A DNA stretch of 64,000 nucleotides from an uncultured Verrucomicrobiae bacterium (GCA_963837955.1 CAWIPH010000002.1:352001-416000); one strand, 5' to 3'; positions 30,321 to 41,542 are shown, counted from the stretch's first letter. Notes: generated by a model from the letters alone, not told the origin. Numbers and translations are program-made.

Positions 30321-31835
30321 TCATCGGGCCGCGTGGAGCTTAGCGCAGTAATCTTGATACCATTGTTCGAAGAGCTTGTCGGTAGCCGGCCAATTTACCG
30401 GAGCATCAGCACCCTGGAAACTGGCAAGAGCTTCATCGTTGAATTCCCAAAGTCGCACAATTTTTCCGTGTTTCCGTTGATCCTCGGCCCAAGCAGTACC
30501 CTGGACGGAGTAGTCACTCGCGCATAGAATGCTTCCATCTCGCAAAAGTTCATCCGGATCGCCTCTCTGATACTCGACGAAAGCAATTTGAGGGTATTGG
30601 ATCCGCGTAAGCGCTGTTCGATCAGTAGAGTAAAGGAGCGTGTGAGAATCTGCAATTGGATCGGCTTGTGCTGAGACGGTGATTGACCGATTTCCACTAT
30701 CGCATCTGTCTTTGGAAAATGCCGCTTGGCTCGTCCTAGTATTATTTTGGAACACCAAGCGTTTTTGCGGAGCGTCGATAGTGATGTCCCAACGCCAGCT
30801 CTGTGTTCCTAATTCCGCTCGATGGATTTCGGTGAGTTTCCCTTGCTTATCACTATCAAAGCGAATCGTGGGATCTATTCCGTGATCGTAGCTTACGCCA
30901 TCATTAGGACGAAACCACAGGATCTCGTTTTGTGTGTCGAGTCGGCCGAGCTGGTAAAAGAGCGTGGGCCATGGGTTAGTAGCGCTCTGATGCACTTCTA
31001 CGACCCAGCCGTCGTCATTGAGGGCTACGCTGGCTTTTTGGCCCGTGTCGTATTCCCCATGGCGGAACCAGGCTATCGTGCCATTAGGCTGATACTGTCC
31101 AGTCCAGTACCAAAGGTGGCCTGTGCCGGAATCATGCACTTCAACGGCCTGACCCTTAGAGTTCATCGATATCGCTGGATTATGTCCATGGTCCCAGCGA
31201 TATTCGCGGCGCGTGCAAAGGTCACCTGAAAGCACGCACAGAATGCGCCCGCGCAAGCCGTCAAGCGAAGGCCAAACTGCCTGGTATGCGGCAGCCGGGA
31301 ACACTTTAGAACCGAAGATGTCCAGGAAGAGTTGGTTGAAGTAGCAAATATTTCCGTCGGCAAACGAAGTTCTGGACGTCAACCCACCGGCTGCTTCCGC
31401 GCAGTCAGTAACCTGGGTCAAGACCGTATCGCGAACCAAGCCGGCTTTTAGGTCTACTATAATGATTATAGGGGCGTGATTGGGATGGGCTTCAGACCAC
31501 GCGCAGATCAATTTTAGCCACTCGGCTGCAAGCGGGGAGGAAGGATTTCCTTTGCCAAGCATCACTCCACCTTCTGGTCTGTCGTGCCCGATCCGGTAGT
31601 CCTTATACTTACCGAAATCGTTAGCGTAGAAATCTAATTCGAGTACTCTGGCCCCACCATCAAGCTGTTCAGGAATCGAGCGGAGCGCTCCGCCAGCGTA
31701 AGAATTATGCGTCGCCGCAAGGTAAACTTCGTTGAGTGGCTTGACATTTTCTTGCGCAGCACCACCCCCCGAAAGTGTGAGCGGAACCACGTTCGCAAGG
31801 AGACACAACGATACTACTTTACAAAGGTAAGTCAT
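30321..31835 (-). CDS. Secreted PI-PLC-X-like phosphodiesterase with inserted repeats
   Basis: ATHNSY, QLDGGARVLELD, W...HPNHAPIIIIVDLK, PSLDGLRGRIL motifs. Confidence 0.8.
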   Translation of the reverse strand: MTYLCKVVSLCLLANVVPLTLSGGGAAQENVKPLNEVYLAATHNSYAGGALRSIPEQLDGGARVLELDFYANDFGKYKDYRIGHDRPEGGVMLGKGNPSSPLAAEWLKLICAWSEAHPNHAPIIIIVDLKAGLVRDTVLTQVTDCAEAAGGLTSRTSFADGNICYFNQLFLDIFGSKVFPAAAYQAVWPSLDGLRGRILCVLSGDLCTRREYRWDHGHNPAISMNSKGQAVEVHDSGTGHLWYWTGQYQPNGTIAWFRHGEYDTGQKASVALNDDGWVVEVHQSATNPWPTLFYQLGRLDTQNEILWFRPNDGVSYDHGIDPTIRFDSDKQGKLTEIHRAELGTQSWRWDITIDAPQKRLVFQNNTRTSQAAFSKDRCDSGNRSITVSAQADPIADSHTLLYSTDRTALTRIQYPQIAFVEYQRGDPDELLRDGSILCASDYSVQGTAWAEDQRKHGKIVRLWEFNDEALASFQGADAPVNWPATDKLFEQWYQDYCAKLHAAR

Positions 31836-31874
31836 ACATTGCGATTTGCAAAACTAGAAACGTTGTGTTCTAGG

Positions 31875-33301
31875 TCATTTTTTTGCCTTTAGAATAATCG
31901 CAGGTGCGATCAGCTGGTCATTTAAAGCCGGCAACTGCTTGAAATCTTCGTTGTTCGACTTTGATAGTTCAATTCGCGGCGAGGGATATGAAAATGGCTG
32001 TCCATTTGAAAGAGCCCCATTCAATTCGAACGTGAAGTGCCAGTCGTCATCTCCGATAGTACCAATTACAATATGGGTGCGCATAAAGCGACAATCTTTA
32101 GCCGCGATATCTTTCCGTTTGGAAAGCTGTTTTACGCGGTCGGAGTGGTCGGGAAAGTAGTCGTCTGAATGGTCATGATGGTATTCAGCGATTACTTCGC
32201 CGGTTCTATTGTCTTCTACCTGAAAGTCTAGTGCTGTGTCTTTATCTTTATCATCGTTGTCGGTCTTGAAGGTTACAGATGTAAATGCAAGCATCGTTGG
32301 CCCTTGAACTTGAACTCTCACGTCTGCCTGAGCCGTGTCTCCCCCTTTCCCTGTAGCTATTATGTGGTAAATCTTCTCACCGGCTGATGTCGGTTTGATC
32401 GTGACGTGGCCGGACAAGGCCATGCTGCCTTCGCTATTCGGTAAACCATTACCTTCGCTGTCAGTCGAGATCTGCACTTTCTCTGACTTGCTGCTATTCC
32501 AGCTGATATCAAAGTCTTCATCGAGCAGAAACTTCGATTTAGATGTCTGTGCACTAATTTGTGGTGGATCGTATTTTGCTGGATATGCAGCACAGATTGA
32601 CCCGCCGGCATCCGTATTTATAACAACAGAGAGATCCTGATTTTTCTGTCGGGTGATTTGGATCTGATTGTCTACCCCACTTTTGAGGGCGAATCCTTTT
32701 TTGAATATATCATTGGCACCGTGTGCGGTCTTAACACCTCCCTGAATGTCTGGTGCCGTACTTAAGTGCAGTGTTCGCGGGGATGCCGCGGGGGCACAAA
32801 CCAGCTAACATGAAGTATGGCATTGTCGCTTTGAGCACTTGCTGCAGGAACGACCCAAGCGTGCAACCCGGCTTGGATGCCTGCTGCCGAGCTAGTGGCG
32901 ATGCAGAACTCCCATGCTTCAAGAACCTTGGAGTTAACTGTACGGACTATCTTCTGGAAGTTTTCCTGTTTAGATACAGTCCAATTTTTGTACTCGTTAT
33001 GCTGGTTGAACCACGCCTCCTTTTCATTCTTGTCGAATTCGCCATCCACTTTAATGGGGACACCATAGACGATTGCTCCAATGCCAATTCCTGAGTGAAT
33101 GGCTTCGTTGTGGTTGCCAAAATTCATTTGGTATGTCCAAGCTTCGTACGTCTTTTGAACATTAGTGTTTTTGACTGTCCACTGGGTATCAAAGATACCG
33201 TCGTGAAGTACGGCATTGCAGTCTTGCGACTGTGCATTTGCCGTGCTGCGCATTGCAAAGGCTAAGATTACGAGTGCGTGAAAAGAAACCCGAGTTTGCA
33301 T
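31875..33301 (-). CDS. Secreted hypothetical protein of about 475 aa, split by a frameshift in the G5 run at 32790-32794
   Basis: Signal peptide MQTRVSFHALVILAFAM; adding one C on the coding strand joins the two ORFs via PAASPRTLHLSTAPDIQGG...SWNSSKSEKVQIST. Confidence 0.65.
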
Positions 33302-33909
33302 TGTAAGTTTTTCAACTGATGTACCGGCACTCCATGTGACGGGTAGATTTCCGAGTTGTAGGTGTTGACACGACAGACGGGTGAGCGTTTTGGCACAAAG
33401 ATCGGTGCACATTCCAGCACACTCATTCTGACGTTTCTGAAGTATCACTCCCGAATTAGAGAGCCAATACGTCATTGTGCGTATTGACTTCTCGGTTCAA
33501 CCCAAAAAACGTGGAATCTAAAGAATCCCGGAAAATTCCTTTGGTGCTCAGCTCTGGATGAGTTGCCAAGCGGCCTCGCTCTTGGAAGAACACCAAAAAG
33601 AAGAAGTCTTTTTCTGCGAAGAGGATCGCCAAGGCCGAAGCCGGATCTCTGGTTTGGCCGATATTCGGGCGGCACGGCACGGCATTTCGTCAGTTGGAAT
33701 CCCGTTCCAGGCTAGCAAAGCTTACCACTTTCGGTCAACCGGACAAAAGGCGCCAAAGTTTTGGAGGATCAGCAATAACGCTATTAGCCTCGCCTAATTT
33801 AGTAGCGTATAACTCCTTTTACGTCTGATATAATTCTCGTTTTCTACGAGCACTTCCGCGAGTCTCGAAAGCTAATGGCTGAAGCCGTCCTGACCTTCGA
33901 CGCGATGAG

Positions 33910-34002
33910 CGTTATATAAAAGGGTACTTAAAAGCGAGGTTGGTTTACGAGGAAGAAAATAGAAAGTCAGACCGTCTTATAAATCGCTCCTTTTTTATAA
34001 CG
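33910..34002. promoter_or_regulatory. Putative res site of the serine resolvase
   Basis: Inverted repeat CGTTATATAAAAGG (33910) / CCTTTTTTATAACG (33989), 13/14, in AT-rich DNA upstream of the resolvase. Confidence 0.55.
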
Positions 34003-34058
34003 ATTTACTCGACCTCTGAAGCGCTCTTTCCTATACTATAGCATCGTTATAGATTGTT

Positions 34059-34694
34059 ATGGTGAACTCGCAAAAGCTGATTCGTGCCGCCTATTATTTG
34101 AGAGTTAGTACGGAAGCGCAAGAAATTGAGAATCAGCGAGTGGAAATCGCGCCGTTTATCGACCGGCGAGGTTGGAAGCTGGTCTACGCCTTTGAGGACG
34201 TGATGAGTGGTGCAAAGAGGGAGAAGGATCGTCCTGGTTTCGCAGCGATGTTCAAGGCAGCTCATCAAAGAAAGTCCGACATCCTTATCTTTTGGGCTTT
34301 GGATCGCTTGACCCGCGAAGGTACGAGAGCAACGCTTAACTACCTCCAGCGGCTTGAATCGAAAGGGATCGATTACGTTTCCTATCAAGAGCAGTGGCTA
34401 GACTCTACTGGCCCATTCAGAGATGTAATGATTTCGATGTTCGCGACGTTAGCGAAGCAAGAGCGCGCTAGGATATCTGAGCGAACCATTGCTGGTCTTA
34501 AGGTAGCGCGAGCCAAAGGCAAAAACCTCGGGAGACCGCGTCTTCCAGAAGAGACCGTCCGAACCGTCCTTTCGTTAAATAAGGAGGCTGGAATTGGAGC
34601 GCGAAAGATTGCAAAGAGCACTGGATTTCCGCTAGGTACAGTAAGCGCAATTTTGAGCAGATCGCGGCGACAAACCTGTTCGCCAAGCGCGTAA
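34059..34694 (+). CDS. Small serine recombinase (resolvase/invertase) with C-terminal HTH
   Basis: YLRVSTEAQ catalytic Ser, DRPGF, LDRLTR, ERARISERTIAGL..AR..GK.LGRP. Confidence 0.93.
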   Translation: MVNSQKLIRAAYYLRVSTEAQEIENQRVEIAPFIDRRGWKLVYAFEDVMSGAKREKDRPGFAAMFKAAHQRKSDILIFWALDRLTREGTRATLNYLQRLESKGIDYVSYQEQWLDSTGPFRDVMISMFATLAKQERARISERTIAGLKVARAKGKNLGRPRLPEETVRTVLSLNKEAGIGARKIAKSTGFPLGTVSAILSRSRRQTCSPSA

Positions 34695-34745
34695 AAGCTC
34701 CGGATCATAAGCTCGCGGCAGATCTCGGGAACTCGGTTCGGAGGC

Positions 34746-34982
34746 CTATCGCGCAAGGACGCTTGGGCAATGCTAAAACGACGGCTTCGTGATGCAGGGC
34801 TTTCGACTATCTATTCGAATCATCCTTTTCGTGCTGCTGGCATCACCACCTATCTCGAAAACGGTGGCACTCTTGAGATGGCGTAAATAATTGCGGGTCA
34901 TGCCGATAGCCGCACCACCAAACTCTACGACCGGCGTGGGCAGAAAGTCCTACTCGAGGACATGGAGCGGATTCGATACTAA
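34746..34982 (+). pseudogene. Tyrosine recombinase C-terminal remnant (frameshift and stop)
   Basis: AWAMLKRRLRDAGL..YSNHPFRAAG/ITTYLENGGTLEMA*IIAGHADSRTTKLYDRR..EDMERIRY. Confidence 0.85.
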
Positions 34983-35449
34983 TGCTGCTTGACGTGTGGC
35001 ATTCGTACGATACAAAACTCTTCATTCCATCCAACTGGGAAACCACATAACACCTACGACCCCACATATCCAAATTGGTTGAAGCAGTATCCATTATACG
35101 TCCAACCTGACGGGGACTGGTTTATACTTCCCGACCCTAAAGGAGATAACTTCGAAAAGTTGGGCCAACCTTTAAAATCCTGCGCACAATTCGGATCATG
35201 AGAGATCCCCATTGATAATAAATTTTCGACTCTTCCAAGAAGGTCGCGGTGCAGGACCGGCACCTCAAGCTGAATATTTCTTCGAATTTGATACCAATCC
35301 CGCGATCTTCCCGAACCTCGACGATCCATCGTCTGCAACCCTTGAGGCCGTGCTGAGAAGGCACGCCGCAAGTTTCTTTTCCAAATACGGCAAGCCGGAT
35401 ATCTTGCTAACGCCGTGCGCCAGCGCGGGCAGCAGGTGCTCGCGACCGC

Positions 35450-38400
35450 CTAGTGATTAGCTTGATCGTTGTTGATGGTGAAGTTGATTGTTGTTGCGTC
35501 GTTGTCGATCGGATCGTCATTCACCACGACCAAGTGATTCCAGCTAATTCCGGCCCCTTTCGCCACATTAGCACCACCGTTTACCGAACCGCCCTCCGTT
35601 TCGTCGTCAAATTCCGATGCTGACCAGGAAACGGTGACGCTTAGGTCTGCATTCAAGTCTATGTCGAAACCAATGTGGGCCCGCGGCGTGAAGTTGGGTG
35701 GACCATCGAAGTCGAGGTGCGCGTGTGAGTGGAATGGCTGCACTTGGGCCGTCTTGGTCTCGGCAAAATAGCTCGGGCTGTGCGCAAACGCCGAACTCCA
35801 GTCAGTCTGCTTTTCAACCCAAATCGTTATCAAACGATAGATCTCAGGAGGCGGCTGCAGCGCGATGGTAACATCGGTAGTCTGGCCGGCATCAATGTGA
35901 ACGTTGACCGTTGCGGAGTTCCAGTAGCCTCCGATGTTCAGGCCCGCAGTTACCTGGTAGTCGCCCGACGGAACGTTGTCGAATTCGAATCGGCCATCGC
36001 TTCGAACAACGACGTCCTGTAAACCGCTGCCGAGCAATGAGACATTTGCTCCGCTCACGTCCGCGTTCGCGGTAACCGTTCCTGTGAGTGTTCCTTTCGT
36101 TGGCACGAGTTTCCATCGGAAGATAGGCACTTGCGCATAGGTTCCGGGACGATAAAATACCTCCTCCACATGCCCATACACGGACCGGAACTGCCCTTGG
36201 TTCCCGCTCCCTGGAGAGTCCCAGAACAATATGTTGTCCGGGCTGACCGAATCTGCAGAGCCTGTCGTCTGCCACGCGTCTTCGTCTACTGTATTGATAT
36301 CGGCCGAGTCGGAGGCAAATGTATTGCAGAGCTGATTGGCTACGGTATCCGGAGCGTCCGTGAATAGTGTTCCGAAGAACCCAGCTGAGTCGTGCGCAGT
36401 GTCATAGACGGTTTGGAACAACCACTTAGCCGCCTTTTGACGCTCTTCCGCCGTGTAAAAATACAGACCGTCGAGTGTGGAAGCGTCCACCGCGGCTCCG
36501 CCGATCACGTCCGTTGGTTCCAGGTCACCAACACCGGTGATCTTGTTCGGACTCTCCAGTTTCACATTGGCATGTTGCGCCGCCAGCCAGATGAAAGATG
36601 AGCACGTGGTTGCTAACGTGCCCTGCGCCCAACCAGAATCGGGCCCTGCAACGCCTTCGGGTCCTAGAGAGATCTCAGGCTTCGTGTAACAATAGAAGCG
36701 ATAGTGCCCCTTGATCGCGAGCGCCGCGTCCGCAATCGCGTGCAGTCTTCCGCGAATAGCGGCTGTCTCGTCGAACGGATTGGGCTTGACAACAATCGGA
36801 TAGATAATGGTGCTGGAATCGCTCAGATCGGGAGCGAATGAGAAGTCGGAGATCCGGTACGGGCCGGTATCGGGCGAGGTGATCCATTCGCCGTAATATG
36901 CGTTGTCAATGCTCTGCGTCACAGTCCCCGGCCATAAATACTTTAGAGCTGCCGGATCGAAACCATCCGTGCCCTTGTGGCCGAGGAAACTACCCGCAAG
37001 ATGATCTTTCAACCAATCATCGGAACCGGTGGAGTGGGTAACCTCAATGTGGTTCTTCGTCATGATGCCGCAGTGAGAATAAAACTGCGCAGGCGTGACC
37101 TGGCGAAGCAGTTGCCCTACCAGGCCTGGCCCGCCGGGATCGAGCAGACAGTCACCCTTTTTGGCATTCAAAATCCGTCCCGGCACGTATCGCCATTGCA
37201 CCTCGGATGTTAACTGACAAACCATCCCGTCAGGGAGCTTGTCCGGCACGTTGTCGGGATCGCATTCCTGCCCAACCACAGGAGTCACTTGGTCGAAGGG
37301 CATCCGGTTGGGATCCAGCAGATTGGCCAACACCGAGGAGAAATTCTGATTTGCTGTGTCGAGCAACTTCTGTGATGCGAGATATGCGGGGGAGCCCGGA
37401 CCCTTCTGCGGAAGACTGCCCGGACTTTGCAACAGGGAGGTCGAGGAATCGGCCGGGGCAGGGCTCGGTGAAAGAACATAGGCGACGCTGGCCCGCCGGT
37501 AATACTCCGCCAAGTCCTGGTGGGTTACCACGGCATTCGTGACGGCAGGAGCGGCGCTCGCAAGTTGCTGCAGCGCACGTGAAGGAGCTGGGTCGGAAAC
37601 GAGGCCACTCCACTGCATCGGCAGTTTCACTTCAATGTAGGCGCTGGATATCGCCGGGAGCTTGGAGCACATTCCGATCCCGCTAAGGTGAATTGCCACG
37701 CCGAAGACGTTCTTGGTGAAGGCCTCTGGCGAGAAGACCCGTGTAACTGTAATAGTGGAGCGAGCTGGAACACGCAGATCCATTGTTGCGAAAGTTGGAG
37801 CCACCTGCGCCTGGATGCTAATAGCTTGGTGCTGAAACGAAGTGGCAACGCTGGTCAGTGCAATTTCGTTCGGCGGCCTACTCGCGGGGTTCTCGGAAAC
37901 ATCAGCAGCCAGCCACTCGTGTTTCTCCGCTGTAAAAGAAATCTCCTCATCTTCCAGGTTGGTTACCGTAAACCGGCAAATCACCTCGCCTACAAAGAAG
38001 AACAGCGTCGGTATGATCAGGGGATTTTGCACGGCGACACGTGGCGTCAATATGCCTCGCCGCATCTTGTTCAGCCCGTAGGTGTTGAAAACGGAAATCG
38101 TCTTCTTCGCGGAGGCGACAAATCCATTTGCGTAGTGCGCGTTCGCCTGAACGTCGAAGCTGGTGTAGAGGCTGTCACGGTCAAGCGCGTCAGTGTAGTC
38201 ATGACCAATGGCGCCGCCCTCGCTGACTCCGGTGCTTCCATCGCCAAAATTCCAAGTATACTGCCGAACGTTTGACAACTCGGCCTCTGCGTTAGCGATC
38301 GAAAACCAGATTGTGCGGGGCTGATAATGGTCCTGTGCGGCCCAAATAATGGGTGGCTTGGCTACGTCTGGATTTAGGATACTTACCTTCACCCTCTCAC

Positions 38401-38608
38401 CCACCTGCTCGATCTTCTTCCCTAATGCTGCGGTTACAACCACAGTGAATGTGCCGGGGTTCCGAAATTGCAAGAATTGATTTGCACCGTAGACGTCATT
38501 GATGCTCACGTCGGCGGCTGGATCCGAGAGTTGTACTTGGACGCGGATGCTCTCTCCCACGGCGGGATTCTTCTTTGAGAGCTTTACTTTCTTGATCAGA
38601 TTAACCAT
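35450..38608 (-). CDS. Large multidomain protein: PKD/Ig, permuted NlpC/P60 (YiiX-like) and carboxypeptidase-regulatory-like domains
   Basis: YTWNFGDG (PKD); KKGDCLL..YSHCGIM..TCSSFIW (His before Cys); GTLTGTV..GANVSL..DGRFEFDNVPSGDYQVTA. Confidence 0.75.
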   Translation of the reverse strand: MVNLIKKVKLSKKNPAVGESIRVQVQLSDPAADVSINDVYGANQFLQFRNPGTFTVVVTAALGKKIEQVGERVKVSILNPDVAKPPIIWAAQDHYQPRTIWFSIANAEAELSNVRQYTWNFGDGSTGVSEGGAIGHDYTDALDRDSLYTSFDVQANAHYANGFVASAKKTISVFNTYGLNKMRRGILTPRVAVQNPLIIPTLFFFVGEVICRFTVTNLEDEEISFTAEKHEWLAADVSENPASRPPNEIALTSVATSFQHQAISIQAQVAPTFATMDLRVPARSTITVTRVFSPEAFTKNVFGVAIHLSGIGMCSKLPAISSAYIEVKLPMQWSGLVSDPAPSRALQQLASAAPAVTNAVVTHQDLAEYYRRASVAYVLSPSPAPADSSTSLLQSPGSLPQKGPGSPAYLASQKLLDTANQNFSSVLANLLDPNRMPFDQVTPVVGQECDPDNVPDKLPDGMVCQLTSEVQWRYVPGRILNAKKGDCLLDPGGPGLVGQLLRQVTPAQFYSHCGIMTKNHIEVTHSTGSDDWLKDHLAGSFLGHKGTDGFDPAALKYLWPGTVTQSIDNAYYGEWITSPDTGPYRISDFSFAPDLSDSSTIIYPIVVKPNPFDETAAIRGRLHAIADAALAIKGHYRFYCYTKPEISLGPEGVAGPDSGWAQGTLATTCSSFIWLAAQHANVKLESPNKITGVGDLEPTDVIGGAAVDASTLDGLYFYTAEERQKAAKWLFQTVYDTAHDSAGFFGTLFTDAPDTVANQLCNTFASDSADINTVDEDAWQTTGSADSVSPDNILFWDSPGSGNQGQFRSVYGHVEEVFYRPGTYAQVPIFRWKLVPTKGTLTGTVTANADVSGANVSLLGSGLQDVVVRSDGRFEFDNVPSGDYQVTAGLNIGGYWNSATVNVHIDAGQTTDVTIALQPPPEIYRLITIWVEKQTDWSSAFAHSPSYFAETKTAQVQPFHSHAHLDFDGPPNFTPRAHIGFDIDLNADLSVTVSWSASEFDDETEGGSVNGGANVAKGAGISWNHLVVVNDDPIDNDATTINFTINNDQANH

Positions 38609-38834
38609 GTTGCCACCTCGTCGATATTTATCCCAGGTCATCATACGAACAATGCCGCGCAGTGCTATGCGTCAAACTACGTACGCGCGAGATGATCGAC
38701 AATCGAGAGCTGGACTACCCGGAACTGACGGTTGGCACTCGTTCGCCGAGGTCAGCCAAGCAAGAGTTATTCCCCTGCTAGAAGGGCGTCTGCAGAGTGT
38801 ATTAACCTGTATTGGTTTAGCGTAATTAAGTTAA

Positions 38835-39278
38835 TCACAAGGGAAGGATGACTTCCTCAGCTACACCATCTAAACACATTGCGGTATCGATGAGCTTTGC
38901 GCCTTCTCTCGGCAGAATACCAAAACTCTTGGTTTTGATCGCTACTGTATCGAAGGCTTGTTTCTTCTTACCCGCCATGTTTACAGGAGGCAGGGCCAGG
39001 GTGAATGTCAGACTCCCGGCATCGATGCTCTTTTCCAATGCGACAGTGATGAGGGAGCCAAGAGGGCTGTCTTGGCGTGCAATCTCGTCACCTGAGAAAG
39101 TGAAATTACCTTCGACACCTTGGTACTCGAGTTGCGAGCCTCCCTGAGGGGGGGACCGTAAGGGACCGGGTGCTTGGGGAAAGAATACGACCTTGGTGTT
39201 ACCTTTGTCTTCCTTAAAAGTAAACCTATTTGCACCCTCTGTTGGTTGGGCTGTAGTGGATTGTTCTTGTGAGCTCAT
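38835..39278 (-). CDS. Conserved hypothetical beta-rich protein
   Basis: LEYQG..FTFSGDEI....SPLGSLITVAL...FTLALPPVN; AGGAA RBS. Confidence 0.7.
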   Translation of the reverse strand: MSSQEQSTTAQPTEGANRFTFKEDKGNTKVVFFPQAPGPLRSPPQGGSQLEYQGVEGNFTFSGDEIARQDSPLGSLITVALEKSIDAGSLTFTLALPPVNMAGKKKQAFDTVAIKTKSFGILPREGAKLIDTAMCLDGVAEEVILPL

Positions 39279-40103
39279 CGTTTGTTCCTAGTTAATAGAT
39301 TTCTGAACGGTCTCTTTACTTGCGAGACGCATGCGTGGGGCCCTCATGCGCTAAGTAGCGCGGCTCATGATACCTACTGTGGAGCGATACCCTGGACCGA
39401 GCGACGCCTAAAAGTACTGGCGCCAGGGGACAAGGAAATCGGACAAATAAGGTTCCCGCTTATAGAAGCCTAAGGCCAGATAAGAAGTCTGTATATACGT
39501 ATTCTTACGTATACGCGCCCAGGTTCAGCCGACTGAAATCCGAATAGTCGGCTATTCGACTACCGTTAGTCAGCGGCTCACAAGAAGCAGGTCCAGTGAT
39601 CTTCTACTGTCAGGTGAAACGTGCTAAATGAACCTTCACTAGCTGACCCACTGGCTCTGAAAGCCAAGCGATTTGGCAAGATTCTCGATGAACTCGAAGG
39701 CCTCATCTCAGATCCACAAAATCCGGTGCCGGGGTTGGAGCGTAGAATCGAACTGCGCACCGGGCGAATATCTGAATCCCATTTGTGTTCCGAAAGGAAC
39801 GCACCGCGAATACCAGATGAGGTGCGGAAGGTAAGCTTCAGATCAGGAAAGCAATAGCCGCTTGTTGTTACCTCGACAAGACGGGTAGTGACGAAATAGA
39901 ACGGTAAGACCGGTTCCGAACTCCACTCCCACTCTTTCGCCATCAGAATGGATGCTTGAGACCTCACAGGACCAGTGGACCCTTTTCACACTGGATTACA
40001 ACTATCCGGGCGGACGTCGGAAAATACCTATACATCGCCGCCTCTGGATGACCATCATCAATTGCGGAATGCGATACAATCTGAAGTAAATGGAATAGTA
40101 AAC

Positions 40104-40521
40104 GATTCAATAGCATCCGTCCTCTAGGTGCGTCCTTACCGTCGCTCTAGACCTACCTATCTTCAAAACCTCATGCTTTGGAGAAAAGTTCAGGAATCTA
40201 CGTTTATCGATGCGACCGTGATAGGAGTGCACGGAGATAGAGACTTGTTGTATCTTGAAGCGCCCGATCAAGAAGCTTTACGGGTTATTCCGTGTCCGCC
40301 CAAATACGAACGCCCGCGTAAAGGTGACCGGGTTAAACTCGAGTTGCGGTTGGAATTGAGTCCAGGTAAAAGACGACGGAGTTGGCGAACGTACATCATC
40401 AGCTTTCCTGGCGACGGCCTGGATCGAGAGAACATTCACGAAGTCACGGATTACGATTCATGATTCGTCAGCCAGAATACGAGAAAGAATGCTAATGGAT
40501 ACGAGCTTCAATGCGAGATTG
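40104..40521 (+). repeat. Direct repeat copy A (~418 bp)
   Basis: Matches 59348-59764; identical except a ~30-bp stretch just before the ATG. Confidence 0.95.
40173..40463 (+). CDS. 96-aa hypothetical (OB-fold-like) protein, copy A
   Basis: Identical to 59416-59706; ATVIGV...PRKGDRVKLEL pattern. Confidence 0.6.
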   Translation: MLWRKVQESTFIDATVIGVHGDRDLLYLEAPDQEALRVIPCPPKYERPRKGDRVKLELRLELSPGKRRRSWRTYIISFPGDGLDRENIHEVTDYDS

Positions 40522-41344
40522 AGATCGGCGTCGCACAGCGAACCCTGTAAACCAAACCAGTCCAGACAGCTATGAATAACCAATGCAGTGATGTGTGTTG
40601 AGTTCAGCTATGGAGTGTCCAGCGCTGGCCCGGAAAATCCAACCTTTAGCTCTGACTGGGTCGGAGGCTTGAATACTTTACCTAGTTTCACTTCCGACTT
40701 CCGGCGACGACAGTGCGCGACCGGTAATCCTGTTGTCGTTGGACGCTGGCCAATGAGGAGTCAGCCCCCGAAAGGCGATCAGCGATCTCAGGCCGGGAGA
40801 TGAATGCACGGAGCACTAGAAACAAGGAGACGACAAGGCTACAATTTTCGAGGCTAGTCTTTCTTATAGGCGTAGCCGCTGCAAAGAGCATGCGCTTCGA
40901 AAATGAAACCCGGGAACAGCTTCAGGTCGTCCTCGATTTGCTGACAGCTAATCTGACCCCCGGCGACCTAAAAGCACAATGGAGCTGGATTGATTTCGCC
41001 GTTATGGAGACGTCGGTAAACGCGGCCTTCCTCCGACCTGTCAAATCCCGCGAGCGATTCTCGCTTAACTCCTTAGCCGCGAGAACAAATCGACAAGGTA
41101 CTTCCTCTAGGGAGTCGCTTATGCCTTCGCGCGAGTCCGACCTCATCCCCTTCTTCGGCCTGTCGCATAAATCGTTCGTACGCCACCAACGGGTCTTCGG
41201 GTACATTATCCATTGTCATGGACATTGTGCCCTATGGCCGGCATCGAAACGGCGCATGATAATCTCGAGGGTTTAGGTTGTTGGCTCAGTAAGACTCGAT
41301 ACTCAAAGTGTGGTCTCTGCTCCGAAGATTAGTTGTTCGACTGT

Positions 41345-41518
41345 CTAATCTTCGTATCTAATTCGCGTAACCTCTTTACACAACAGCATTCCAAATACTG
41401 CGAATAGTTTGCCATCTGCGTGTGTCTTTAATGGAGCGATTCTAAGTAGCGTACATGTGCTCTTGCGTACCTTACAAATCAGCCATCCGGCTTCGCTGTT
41501 CTTGATTACTAGTGTCAT
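41345..41518 (-). CDS. 57-aa hypothetical protein (below ORF-track cutoff)
   Basis: GGAGG RBS; MTLVIKNSEAGWLICKVRK...RIRYED. Confidence 0.5.
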   Translation of the reverse strand: MTLVIKNSEAGWLICKVRKSTCTLLRIAPLKTHADGKLFAVFGMLLCKEVTRIRYED

Positions 41519-41542
41519 TTGCCTCCGTTGGAGAAGACCGGA

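Noticed and set aside
39487..39560. Short palindromes (TATACGTA..TACGTATA; CGAATAG..CTATTCG) as oriT or operator
   Set aside because: No associated relaxase or second copy; insufficient support
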